Assembly: GCA_033851265.1 (NCBI GenBank) | Contig: JAWWOW010000016.1 | Location: 21,438 to 85,437, forward strand | DNA length: 64,000 nt | Reading direction: 5' to 3' | DNA from: Frankiales bacterium | Lineage (GTDB): Bacteria > Actinomycetota > Actinomycetes > JAWWOW01 | In this document: piece after piece, positions 30,152 to 38,698 of the stretch | How the letters are laid out: each line of letters opens with the position of its first letter | How positions within the stretch are numbered: the first letter of the stretch is position 1 | The notes under the pieces: model-generated | The model's input: only the letters and a program-made list of their open reading frames with translations | What the model was told of the DNA's origin: nothing | The model's database searches: none | Position numbers and translations under genes: made by a program

Positions 30152-30919
30152 TCAGGCGTACATCAGCGAACCGGGTGTGGTCAGCTGCTCGCCGGTCTCC
30201 AGCCAGGTCTTCAGGCCGGACAGAATCATCGGCCAGCCACCGTAGATCTCATCGTGCGCGCCATCACGCATCTGGTCGTGCGTCACGGTCAGGCGACAGG
30301 AGTCCGCGCCTATTGGCTCGATCTCCCAGGTGATCCGCGATGTGCCCTCGGCCTTCACGTCATCGCTCCACAGGAACCTGGCGCTCTGGACGAGCCGGCG
30401 CGGCGGGTCGACCTCGAGGTTCTCCCCTTCACCCAATGCCATGGCGCCGTCCATGGCATTCATCGCGTAGGTCGAGCCCGGCGTCCAGTCGGAGGTCACC
30501 TGGGCACCGAAGTTGTACTTGCTTCTGATCTCGGGGTCGGTGATCCCCTCCCAGAGACGCTCCGGGCTGGTCTTGATGAAGATCTCGAACACCTTCTCCA
30601 TGGGACTCTCCAGTCTGTGCTTGAGGTCGCTGAGGCCAGCGGCCCAGGGCTCGGCGTACTTGCTCACCCACCGGTCGTGGACGAGGCGGATCGGGACGGG
30701 GTTGAGGAAGTGCAGCTTTTCCCGGCCGCGTCGTTTCGTGACGACCAGCCCGGCATCTTCGAGCTGCTTCAAGTGCTTCATGACGCCGAAGCGCGTCATC
30801 GAGAAGCGCTCTTCGAGCGCGCTCAGCGTCTGCCCGTCTTCGCGGAAGAGCTCGTCGAGCAGGGCCCGCCGCGTGGGGTCGGCGAGCGCCCGGAACACCG
30901 CATCCATGCGGCTGACCAT
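30152..30919 (-). CDS. ArsR-family HTH regulator fused to SRPBCC/AHSA1-like domain
   Basis: N-terminal FRALADPTRRALLDEL...FGVMKHLKQLEDAGLV (ArsR wHTH), with a C-terminal ~150 aa START/AHSA1-like domain. The start is ATG 30919 or 30907; the GTG at 30937 would sit inside the palindrome. Confidence 0.75.
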   Translation of the reverse strand: MVSRMDAVFRALADPTRRALLDELFREDGQTLSALEERFSMTRFGVMKHLKQLEDAGLVVTKRRGREKLHFLNPVPIRLVHDRWVSKYAEPWAAGLSDLKHRLESPMEKVFEIFIKTSPERLWEGITDPEIRSKYNFGAQVTSDWTPGSTYAMNAMDGAMALGEGENLEVDPPRRLVQSARFLWSDDVKAEGTSRITWEIEPIGADSCRLTVTHDQMRDGAHDEIYGGWPMILSGLKTWLETGEQLTTPGSLMYA

Positions 30920-30920
30920 A

Positions 30921-30938
30921 GGTGACCATTTAGTCACC
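30921..30938. promoter_or_regulatory. perfect palindrome GGTGAC-cattta-GTCACC in the ArsR-SRPBCC / bioD divergent intergenic region (candidate operator)
   Basis: Read directly. It is preceded by the direct repeat TGACCAT (30913-30919 and 30923-29), and lies 30 nt upstream of the bioD ATG. Confidence 0.45.
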
Positions 30939-30968
30939 TGTCAATGCGGAGCCCGCTAGGGTCGAGCG

Positions 30969-31709
30969 ATGAGCGTGCTCGTCGTCACCGGGACCGGCAC
31001 CGGCATCGGAAAGACCGTCGTCACGGCCGGGTTGGCTGCCCTGGCACGGTCGCGGGGCTCGTCGGTCGCCGTCGTGAAGCCGGCGCAGACCGGCGTCGTC
31101 CCGGGCCAGCTCGGCGACGGGGACACGGTCGCCGAGCTTGCTGGTCTCACGCCCAGCGACGTGCACGAGTTCAGCCGTTACCCGGACCCGCTGTCCCCTG
31201 CTGCGGCGGCCCGCATGTCCGGGCTAGACCCGGTGTCCGTGCCGGACGCGGCCCGGCGGATCGCTGACCTGGCCGAGCGTCACCGGCTGGTGCTGGTCGA
31301 AGGCGCCGGGGGCCTGCTCGTGCGGTACGACGAGGACGGCGCGACGATCGCGGACCTGGCGCACGAACTGAACGCCCCACTGCTCGTCGTCACCGCTGCG
31401 GGGCTCGGGACCTTGAATGCCACTGCCCTCACCTTGGAGGCGATGGCCCACCGTGGCCTGGAGTTGTCCGGCATCGTCATCGGCTCCTGGCCCGCCGACC
31501 CCGACCTAGCCGCCCGCAGCAACGTTCGCGACCTGGAGACCCTCGGCGCTCGGCCGCTGGCGGGCGCCATGCCCGCTGGAGCCGGCGCCCTTGATCCGGG
31601 GTCGTTCCTCGCGGCCGCGCAGGCTGCCCTCGCCCCGGCGTACGGCGGCTCGTTCGATGCGGCAGACTTCCGGGACCGCCACCAGCCGACCCGGAAAGGT
31701 CACAGTTGA
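30969..31709 (+). CDS. bioD: dethiobiotin synthase
   Basis: P-loop [11 protein letters not shown] in bio-operon context. Confidence 0.88.
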   Translation: MSVLVVTGTGTGIGKTVVTAGLAALARSRGSSVAVVKPAQTGVVPGQLGDGDTVAELAGLTPSDVHEFSRYPDPLSPAAAARMSGLDPVSVPDAARRIADLAERHRLVLVEGAGGLLVRYDEDGATIADLAHELNAPLLVVTAAGLGTLNATALTLEAMAHRGLELSGIVIGSWPADPDLAARSNVRDLETLGARPLAGAMPAGAGALDPGSFLAAAQAALAPAYGGSFDAADFRDRHQPTRKGHS

Positions 31710-32698
31710 GCGACGTCCTGGAGACCGCACGGCAGCAGGTCCTTGACGAAGGCCGCGGCCTCGACGAGTCGCAGGCGTTGGAGTGCCTGCAGTTGCCCGA
31801 CGACGCGTTGCCGGACCTGCTCGCTCTGGCACACGAGGTCCGCCTGCGCTGGTGCGGCCCCGAAGTCGAGGTCGAGGGCATCGTCAGCGTGAAGACGGGG
31901 GGCTGCCCCGAGGACTGCCACTTCTGTTCGCAGTCCGGACAGTTCCAGTCACCGGTGCGCGCTGCCTGGCTCGACATTCCCTCGCTCGTCGCCGCGGCGA
32001 AGGAGACGGCCGAGACTGGAGCCACCGAGTTCTGCATCGTCGCAGCGGTTCGCGGGCCGGACGAGCGGCTGATGGCTCAGGTAACCGCCGGGGTTGCGGC
32101 AATCCGAGCCGAGGTCGACATCAACGTCGCGTGCTCACTCGGCATGCTCACCCAGGCGCAGGTTGACGAGCTGGCCGCGATGGGGGTCCACCGCTACAAC
32201 CACAACCTCGAGACCGCGCGGTCGTACTTCCCGCACGTCGTCACCACACACTCCTGGGAGGAGCGCTGGGAGACGCTGCGCATGGTGCGCGACGCCGGCA
32301 TGGAGGTGTGTTGTGGCGGGATCATCGGACTTGGCGAGTCCGACGAGCAGCGTGCCGAGTTCGCCGCCCAGCTTGCCGAGCTCGAGCCCGACGAGGTGCC
32401 CCTGAACTTCCTGAACCCGCGCCCGGGTACGCCGTTCGCCGACCGACCACTTGTCGACGGCGCCGAGGCGTTGAAGGTCATCGCGACGTACCGGCTCGTG
32501 CTGCCACGCACGATCCTCAGGTACGCCGGCGGTCGCGAGCTGACACTTGGCGAGCTGACCACTGCCGGGATGCTCGGTGGCATCAACGCGGTGATCGTCG
32601 GCAACTACCTGACCACGCTCGGGCGATCGCCCGCCGAGGACTTGGCGATGCTCGACGGGCTCAACATGCCGCTCAAGGCGCTGTCACAGACGCTCTAG
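31706..32698 (+). CDS. bioB: biotin synthase (radical SAM)
   Basis: [11 protein letters not shown] radical-SAM triad. Its TTG start overlaps the bioD stop. Confidence 0.9.
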   Translation: MSDVLETARQQVLDEGRGLDESQALECLQLPDDALPDLLALAHEVRLRWCGPEVEVEGIVSVKTGGCPEDCHFCSQSGQFQSPVRAAWLDIPSLVAAAKETAETGATEFCIVAAVRGPDERLMAQVTAGVAAIRAEVDINVACSLGMLTQAQVDELAAMGVHRYNHNLETARSYFPHVVTTHSWEERWETLRMVRDAGMEVCCGGIIGLGESDEQRAEFAAQLAELEPDEVPLNFLNPRPGTPFADRPLVDGAEALKVIATYRLVLPRTILRYAGGRELTLGELTTAGMLGGINAVIVGNYLTTLGRSPAEDLAMLDGLNMPLKALSQTL

Positions 32699-33315
32699 TG
32701 GTCACGGTCCGGCCTGCTCGCGAAGACGATCTCGACGCTGTCTCCATGCTGACCGTCGAGGCATACACGCAGGACGGCTACATCAGCGCCGACTACGACT
32801 ACATCAACGTGTTGGCCAACGCACGTGCGCGCTACGCCGATGGCGGGCTCTGGGTAGCCGAGCTCGCCGATGCGATCGTCGGCACCGTCAAGTTCGCGCC
32901 GTACGGATCGGCGTACGCCGAGATAAGCAAACCAGGGGAAGCCGAGTTCCGCATGCTCGGGGTCTCATCTGCAGCACGCCGCCACGGTGTCGGCATGGCA
33001 CTCGTGCAGCAATGCACCGACCTGGCCTACCAAATGGGGTCCCCGGTGCTCCGCTTGTGCACGCAACCCGAACGGGTCGCCGCGATCGCGCTCTACGAGC
33101 GGTTGGGTTTCGTCCGCACCGAGGATCTCGACTGGATGCCAGAACCCGGCGTGCAGTTGATCGCATACGCCCTCGACCTTCGCGCTCACGACGACGGCGC
33201 CCGAGATCTCGAACCGCCGCGCTACTGCGGTGTCTGCGGACGGCGCATGGTGGTGCAGGTGACTCCGCACGGTTGGACCGCGCACTGTTCGGTCCACGGC
33301 ACCCGCCGCGGGTGA
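32698..33315 (+). CDS. GNAT acetyltransferase fused in frame to a BsaP-like CxxC...C..H mini-domain
   Basis: Its GTG shares a base with the bioB TAG. It has GNAT motif [20 protein letters not shown], and the C-terminal tail is [28 protein letters not shown]. Confidence 0.65.
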   Translation: MVTVRPAREDDLDAVSMLTVEAYTQDGYISADYDYINVLANARARYADGGLWVAELADAIVGTVKFAPYGSAYAEISKPGEAEFRMLGVSSAARRHGVGMALVQQCTDLAYQMGSPVLRLCTQPERVAAIALYERLGFVRTEDLDWMPEPGVQLIAYALDLRAHDDGARDLEPPRYCGVCGRRMVVQVTPHGWTAHCSVHGTRRG

Positions 33316-33316
33316 C

Positions 33317-34399
33317 CTAAGCGACGAGGCCGAGGCGACGCAGCTCGACGGTGAGGTCGTGCGGGCTCGTCGAGGCCGCCATCGCCGCTTCGAGGGTGAC
33401 GACACCGTCGCGGATGAGGGCAACCAGGTGCTGGTCGAAGGTCTGCATCCCGTAGTACGCGCCCTCAGCGATCAGCGCGTTCATGGTCGACGTCTTGTCG
33501 GGGTCGACGATGGCGTCGGAAACGCGACCGGTGTTGATGCAGATTTCCATCGACACGCAACGACCTTCGCCATCGGCACGAGGGACCAGCCGCTGACAGA
33601 TGATGCCGCGCAATGCACCGGCGAGCGACAGGCGGACCTGCTTCTGCTCATGCGGTGGGAAGAAGTCGATGACGCGGTTGATGGTCTCCTGCGCATCGGT
33701 TGTGTGCAGCGTCGACATGACGAAGTGACCGGTCTCTGCAGCGGCGAGCGCCGCGCGGACCGTCTCCATGTCACGCATCTCACCGACGAGGATGACGTCG
33801 GGGTCCTGCCGCATCGCCGCACGGAGGGCGGTGGAGAAGTCGTCGGTGTCGACGCGCACCTCGCGCTGGTTGATCATCGCCAGCTTGTCGAAGTGCAAGA
33901 CCTCGATGGGGTCTTCGATCGTGACGACGTGCGTCTCACGGTTGTTGTTGATGTGGTCGATCATTCCCGCGAGCGTTGTCGTCTTACCGGAACCCGTCGG
34001 GCCAGTGACCAGGACGAGTCCACGGGGCTCGAGAGCCAGCGACGCCAGCACCGGGGGCAAGCCCAGGTCGTCCAGCGGGATTGCACCGACGGCGACGCGG
34101 CGGAAAACCAGGCCGGCGCTGCCCCGGGAGCGGAACGCGTTGACGCGGAACCGGCCCACGCCCGACATCGAGTAGGCGAAGTCGGCCTCGTTGGACCGGC
34201 GGAACTCCTCGATGAGGTCGGCGCGGAGGACCTCGGCGACCATTTGCTCGGTGTCGGAGGCGGTCAGATCGCGGGTCTGGAGCTTGCGCAGGCGGCCATC
34301 GATACGCACCCGGGGCGGGGAGCCCACCTTGCAGTGCAGGTCGGAGCCCCCACACTCCACGAGGGCACGCAGGAATGGCTCGATCGTCGGCGCGCTCAC
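33317..34399 (-). CDS. pilT: PilT-family type IV pilus retraction ATPase homologue
   Basis: 360 aa with Walker A GPTGSGKTTT, Asp box, Walker B ILVGEMRD and His box STLHT. There are no other pilus genes in the window. Confidence 0.85.
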   Translation of the reverse strand: MSAPTIEPFLRALVECGGSDLHCKVGSPPRVRIDGRLRKLQTRDLTASDTEQMVAEVLRADLIEEFRRSNEADFAYSMSGVGRFRVNAFRSRGSAGLVFRRVAVGAIPLDDLGLPPVLASLALEPRGLVLVTGPTGSGKTTTLAGMIDHINNNRETHVVTIEDPIEVLHFDKLAMINQREVRVDTDDFSTALRAAMRQDPDVILVGEMRDMETVRAALAAAETGHFVMSTLHTTDAQETINRVIDFFPPHEQKQVRLSLAGALRGIICQRLVPRADGEGRCVSMEICINTGRVSDAIVDPDKTSTMNALIAEGAYYGMQTFDQHLVALIRDGVVTLEAAMAASTSPHDLTVELRRLGLVA

Positions 34400-34444
34400 A
34401 CGGGGTTTTTCGGCGTCCGGAGGGCCTGGCTTGACCCTTCCGGG

Positions 34445-34660
34445 CTAGGAGATGACTGCGATGACGTCGCCCTCCTGGACGACGTCCCCCTCGCTGACTC
34501 TGAGCTCGGAAACGGTCCCTGACCCTTCGGCCAGGACCGGAATCTCCATCTTCATGGACTCGAGGATGACCAGCGTGTCCCCGTCCTCGACCGCATCGCC
34601 CTGGGCCACCACGACTTTCCAGACGTTCGCGACCATCTCCGCGCGGACCTCGGTGGCCAC
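34445..34660 (-). CDS. stand-alone biotinyl/lipoyl carrier protein (TB7.3-like)
   Basis: 71 aa from the GTG at 34660 (VATEVRAEMVANV...), with the biotinylation motif LESMKMEIPV. It parallels mycobacterial TB7.3 (Rv3221c), recalled from memory. Confidence 0.8.
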   Translation of the reverse strand: MATEVRAEMVANVWKVVVAQGDAVEDGDTLVILESMKMEIPVLAEGSGTVSELRVSEGDVVQEGDVIAVIS

Positions 34661-34718
34661 CCAGCGCTCCTCTCGTCGTCCTGCGCTTGTACCGGCGCGA
34701 ATCCAACCACAGGCGAGG

Positions 34719-35495
34719 TCAGCGGCCCGTGTAGTTCGGCGGGCGCTTGTCGAAGAAGGCCGCCACGCCCTCGGCCGCATCGCGGGTGGTCGTCAGGAGC
34801 GACAACTGCGCCTGCATCGCTTCGAGCGCGGGAGCGAGGGTGGCCTCTTCGACCGTCTGCCAGGCCGCCTTGCCCAGGCGGACGGCCACCGGCGGTGCCG
34901 CGGCGAGCTTGGCGACGTAGGCCTCGACGTCTGCGTCGAACGACTCAGCGGGGCGTACGGCGCTCACCAAGCCCATCCGAAAGGCTGTCTCCGCGTCGAC
35001 GCGTTCGGCCGAAAGCATCAGGTGCATCGCGTGCTTCGGTGAGACATGTCGGGCCAGCAGCGCGCTGACCATGAACGGCCACAACCCGAGGTTGACCTCG
35101 GGCAACCCGAACTCCGCAGCCGACGACGCCAGCGCGACGTCGCAGCCGAGTACGAGTCCAACACCCCCCGCCAGGGTCAGTCCCTGCACTCGCGCAATCA
35201 CAGGCCGCGGACACGCGCGCATCGCGAGGATGACGTCGCGCAGCAGGCCACGCCCCTGGTGTTGCTCCAACCCAGTCGCGTCGTTGGTCATGACACCGAG
35301 ATCCGCACCTGAGCAGAACACGCGATCTCCCGCACCGGTGATGACAACGACGCGGGTCTCGTCATCGGCTCCGACGCCAGTCAGCTCGCGCAACATGCCG
35401 CGCATCACTTCGCCGGATAACGCATTGCGCTTGTCCTCACGGTCGATCGTCAGCCGGAGTACGCCACCGTCACGATCCACGCGGAGGTCGGTCAC
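34719..35495 (-). CDS. enoyl-CoA hydratase/isomerase (crotonase) family protein
   Basis: 258 aa with the oxyanion-hole region VITGAGDRVFCSGADL. Its GTG overlaps the stop of the upstream biotin carboxylase gene. Confidence 0.85.
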   Translation of the reverse strand: MTDLRVDRDGGVLRLTIDREDKRNALSGEVMRGMLRELTGVGADDETRVVVITGAGDRVFCSGADLGVMTNDATGLEQHQGRGLLRDVILAMRACPRPVIARVQGLTLAGGVGLVLGCDVALASSAAEFGLPEVNLGLWPFMVSALLARHVSPKHAMHLMLSAERVDAETAFRMGLVSAVRPAESFDADVEAYVAKLAAAPPVAVRLGKAAWQTVEEATLAPALEAMQAQLSLLTTTRDAAEGVAAFFDKRPPNYTGR

Positions 35496-36832
35496 GCGCG
35501 CATTCTCTCGATAAGCCCGGTGTCATACTGCCCCGACACGAAAGATTCGTTGTCGAGCAGCTCGGTGAAGAACGGCAAGTTCGTCTTCAGGCCGGTGATC
35601 GTGAAATCTCCGACGGCCGCGCGCGATCGGTCGAGCGCTTCGCTGCGGTCCGCGCCAAACACGCAGAGTTTGGCGAGCAGCGGGTCGTAGTGGGGCGTGA
35701 CCGTTGACCCCGCGGCGTACCCCGCATCAACGCGAATGCCTTCGCCCCGCGGCTCCACCCACTCCTCGATCTGGCCGGGCGAGGGCAGGAAGCGCTTTGG
35801 GTCTTCGGCGTACACCCGAAACTCGATGGCATGTCCGTGCAGGCGCACATCCGCGACGTCGAACGACACGTCCTCGCCAGCCGCAATGCGTAGCTGTTGC
35901 TCGACAATGTCGATGCCGGTGACGAGCTCGGTTATCGGGTGTTCGACCTGCAGCCGCGTGTTCATCTCGAGGAAGACGAACTCCTGTGCGGCCGGATCGA
36001 CGAGGCACTCAACCGTGCCGGCGTTGCGATAGCCGACGGCTTCGCCCGCGCGAACGGCTGCAGCGAGCATCCGAGCGCGCAGCTCGTCGGTGACACCCGG
36101 CGAGGGCGTTTCCTCGGCCACCTTCTGGTGCCGACGCTGCACCGAACAGTCGCGCTCCCCCAGGGCGACCACGGTGCCATCGTTCCGCCCCAGAATCTGC
36201 ACCTCGACATGCCGGGCGTCGGGGATGAGCCGCTCGAGGAAGATTGCTGGGCTGGAGAAGAACCGCTCTGCTCGTGTTCGTGCCGTCTCGTACGCCGCAC
36301 GCAAGCTTTCGTCGTCTGTGGCGACGCCCATGCCGATGCCACCACCGCCGGCAGCGGCCTTGACCATCACGGGATAGCCGATCTCGCGCGCCGCGGTCAG
36401 CGCTGCGTCCACGGATGGCACCGGGTCCCGCGTACCAACGGCGACAGGGACCCCGGCGTCGGACATCAGGTTGCGGGCTTTGACCTTGTCGCCCATCGAC
36501 GCAATGGCGTCAGGCGACGGGCCAACCCAGACGAGCCCTGCCTCGATGACTGCCGCGGCGAACTCCGCGCTCTCTGCCAGGAATCCGTACCCCGGGTGGA
36601 CGGCGGTGGCTCCGGATTGCTTCGCCGCCTCGATCATTTTCGCGATGTCGAGGTAGCTCTGCGCCGGAGGTGGTGGCCCGATGAGCAGCGACTCGTCCGC
36701 CTCGACGACGTACGGCAACCGTGCGTCCGCCTCGGAATACACCGCGATTGCCCGCAGGCCGAGCCGTTGCGCAGACCGGATGATCCGTCGCGCAATCTCG
36801 CCCCGGTTGGCGACGAGCAGCGATTCGAACAC
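35492..36832 (-). CDS. biotin carboxylase (ATP-grasp), stand-alone, no BCCP domain
   Basis: 446 aa with LVANRGEIA, the glycine-rich KAAAGGGGIGM and EMNTRLQVEHPITE. It ends before any biotinyl domain. Confidence 0.88.
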   Translation of the reverse strand: MFESLLVANRGEIARRIIRSAQRLGLRAIAVYSEADARLPYVVEADESLLIGPPPPAQSYLDIAKMIEAAKQSGATAVHPGYGFLAESAEFAAAVIEAGLVWVGPSPDAIASMGDKVKARNLMSDAGVPVAVGTRDPVPSVDAALTAAREIGYPVMVKAAAGGGGIGMGVATDDESLRAAYETARTRAERFFSSPAIFLERLIPDARHVEVQILGRNDGTVVALGERDCSVQRRHQKVAEETPSPGVTDELRARMLAAAVRAGEAVGYRNAGTVECLVDPAAQEFVFLEMNTRLQVEHPITELVTGIDIVEQQLRIAAGEDVSFDVADVRLHGHAIEFRVYAEDPKRFLPSPGQIEEWVEPRGEGIRVDAGYAAGSTVTPHYDPLLAKLCVFGADRSEALDRSRAAVGDFTITGLKTNLPFFTELLDNESFVSGQYDTGLIERMRA

Positions 36833-36850
36833 CTACCGCACACTACCGAG

Positions 36851-37393
36851 GTGGGCATCCTCGGCTGCGTCATGGTTGGCGCGCTCGTCATCGGCTGGGT
36901 GACGGGCGGGAGCTTGGCACGACTAGGTGACGTACCGCTGCACGGATGGCGCCTCGTGATCGCCGCAGTGGTGGCTGCCACGGTAGGCGTACTCGTCGCG
37001 TCAACGGGTGGTGCCGTTGGTCGTGCAGGCGGCGTCGCTGGGCTGGTCGGCGCCGCGGCCTGCCTGCTCGTGCTGATGACGCGCAACCGTCGGGTCGAAG
37101 GCGTGCCGCTCATTGCCGCCGGACTGTTGCTCAACGCAGTAGTGATCGGCGCGAACGGCGCGATGCCGGTGTCGCTATATGCGCAGTCGCGAGCCGGTGT
37201 GTCGACAACGACGCTCGTTGAAGGCAACAGTCCCCGTCATGAGGTCGCTGGTCCGGAGACACGGTTGCGCCGACTCGGGGACGTGATCCCCGTGGCACTT
37301 CCGCTGCGGCCCGAGACAGTCAGCCCGGGCGACATCCTCATCGTTGCGGGTGCGGGCCTGCTCATCCTTGCCGGCATGCACCGGCGGGCGTAA
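36851..37393 (+). CDS. DUF5317-like small membrane protein
   Basis: Hydrophobic 180-aa protein starting at the GTG at 36851. The remainder of the long ORF is antisense to the biotin carboxylase gene. The family call is from memory of similar HD-GYP-adjacent genes. Confidence 0.55.
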   Translation: MGILGCVMVGALVIGWVTGGSLARLGDVPLHGWRLVIAAVVAATVGVLVASTGGAVGRAGGVAGLVGAAACLLVLMTRNRRVEGVPLIAAGLLLNAVVIGANGAMPVSLYAQSRAGVSTTTLVEGNSPRHEVAGPETRLRRLGDVIPVALPLRPETVSPGDILIVAGAGLLILAGMHRRA

Positions 37394-38698
37394 CTAGCTG
37401 ATCAGGGCGAGGCTGATCCCGCTGCGCCGCAGCACGCGATCCAGTGCTTCGACAACGCGCGGGTCGTACTCGACGGCCGTCCCCAGCCGGAGTCGTTCGA
37501 GTGCGGCCTCGCTCGTCGCACGATCCGTGCGATCACCGACGAGGTCGTCGAATGCGTTAGCGACCTTGATGATGCGACTCGCAACAGGGAGATCTGCGTC
37601 CGCACCTTCGCCGGCGTGCCGGTATGGGTCGGCTTGGCGCTCGACGATGTCAGCGACGCGCTCGAGCGTGCCCGTCGTACGAATGATGTCGGCACCGAGC
37701 TCGGCGATGCGGCGGCGCTCGACCGGGGCGACGACGAGGGTTGCCCCGCCCGGGATCGGGTCGGTGAACGACAGTTGACCGATGTCGTGCATGAGCGCGG
37801 CGTACTCGAGGTCGAGCAACTCCGCCTCGCTCAGTCCTACTTCATGCCCCAACGCGACCGAGAGAGTGCTGACGCGGCGCGAGTGTCCCGGCTCGACGTA
37901 GCCGCCGACTTCGGTGACTCGAGACAGCGCGCGGATCGTCTGCAGTGATGTAGCGCGGATCGTGGCGAAGCGACGAATCGAGAACTGCGTCACGAGCAGC
38001 GGAATGGTGAAGACGGGCAGGGCCCACAGACCGAGGGGACGCGCAGCCAATGCGATCAACACGCCCGTCGCACCGATCGCAGCGCCGATGCCGCCGGATG
38101 CGCGAACCTCGTCACGCAACGCGGTACGCAGTCGGACGGGGTCACCACCTGCGCGGACCACGCTGCTGAGCACGGCGTCCATGCTCCCCGCGAGGATCAC
38201 TGCGCCGAGCATGGCGAGGACCGTCAAGCTCTCGTGGCCACGCAGCTCGTCGGCGTACGGCCGGAACAACGCAGCGGTGGCAGCGGCAAGCAGCACGCGA
38301 CGCCCGACGTCTTCGAGGTGCGCCGACCTACCCGCAGCGAGGTAGGGCAACGAACCGACCGTCGCTGCAAACGCGGTGACCGCAGCAACCTGCCAGGCGT
38401 CGTACCGCGTCATGGTGCCGTTGACCTCGAGCACAAGTGCATAGGCCAGAGCTGCAGCAACGCCGACGGGTGCAAGCTCGCGCTCACCTGGCAGTCGAAC
38501 CCGAACGACTTCCCCGACCGCGATCAGCACGGCGAACGCTGCGGTGATGCCCGGTTGCACGAGTCCGTGTGCAGCCGTCTCTGCGACAGCGGCGACGGCA
38601 ACAAGGGCTGCCAGTGCAATGACGAGTCCGGCACCCGTGCGAGGCGTGTCGCCACGACGTCGCACGACGACAGGCTGTGGTGGGAACTCGTTGTTCAT
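37394..38698 (-). CDS. membrane-anchored HD-domain protein lacking the GYP signature (degenerate HD-GYP)
   Basis: N-terminal multi-TM region with H...HD (HSRRVS...LMHDIGQL) but no HHExxDGxGYP. Its ATG at 38698 overlaps the stop of the upstream HD-GYP gene (ATGA). Confidence 0.7.
   Translation of the reverse strand: MNNEFPPQPVVVRRRGDTPRTGAGLVIALAALVAVAAVAETAAHGLVQPGITAAFAVLIAVGEVVRVRLPGERELAPVGVAAALAYALVLEVNGTMTRYDAWQVAAVTAFAATVGSLPYLAAGRSAHLEDVGRRVLLAAATAALFRPYADELRGHESLTVLAMLGAVILAGSMDAVLSSVVRAGGDPVRLRTALRDEVRASGGIGAAIGATGVLIALAARPLGLWALPVFTIPLLVTQFSIRRFATIRATSLQTIRALSRVTEVGGYVEPGHSRRVSTLSVALGHEVGLSEAELLDLEYAALMHDIGQLSFTDPIPGGATLVVAPVERRRIAELGADIIRTTGTLERVADIVERQADPYRHAGEGADADLPVASRIIKVANAFDDLVGDRTDRATSEAALERLRLGTAVEYDPRVVEALDRVLRRSGISLALIS

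Noticed and set aside
35897-36850. A 5' extension of the ORF containing the DUF5317-like gene (498 aa in the track).
   Set aside because: The extension is antisense to the biotin carboxylase gene. Only the hydrophobic C-terminal 180 aa look like a real protein.
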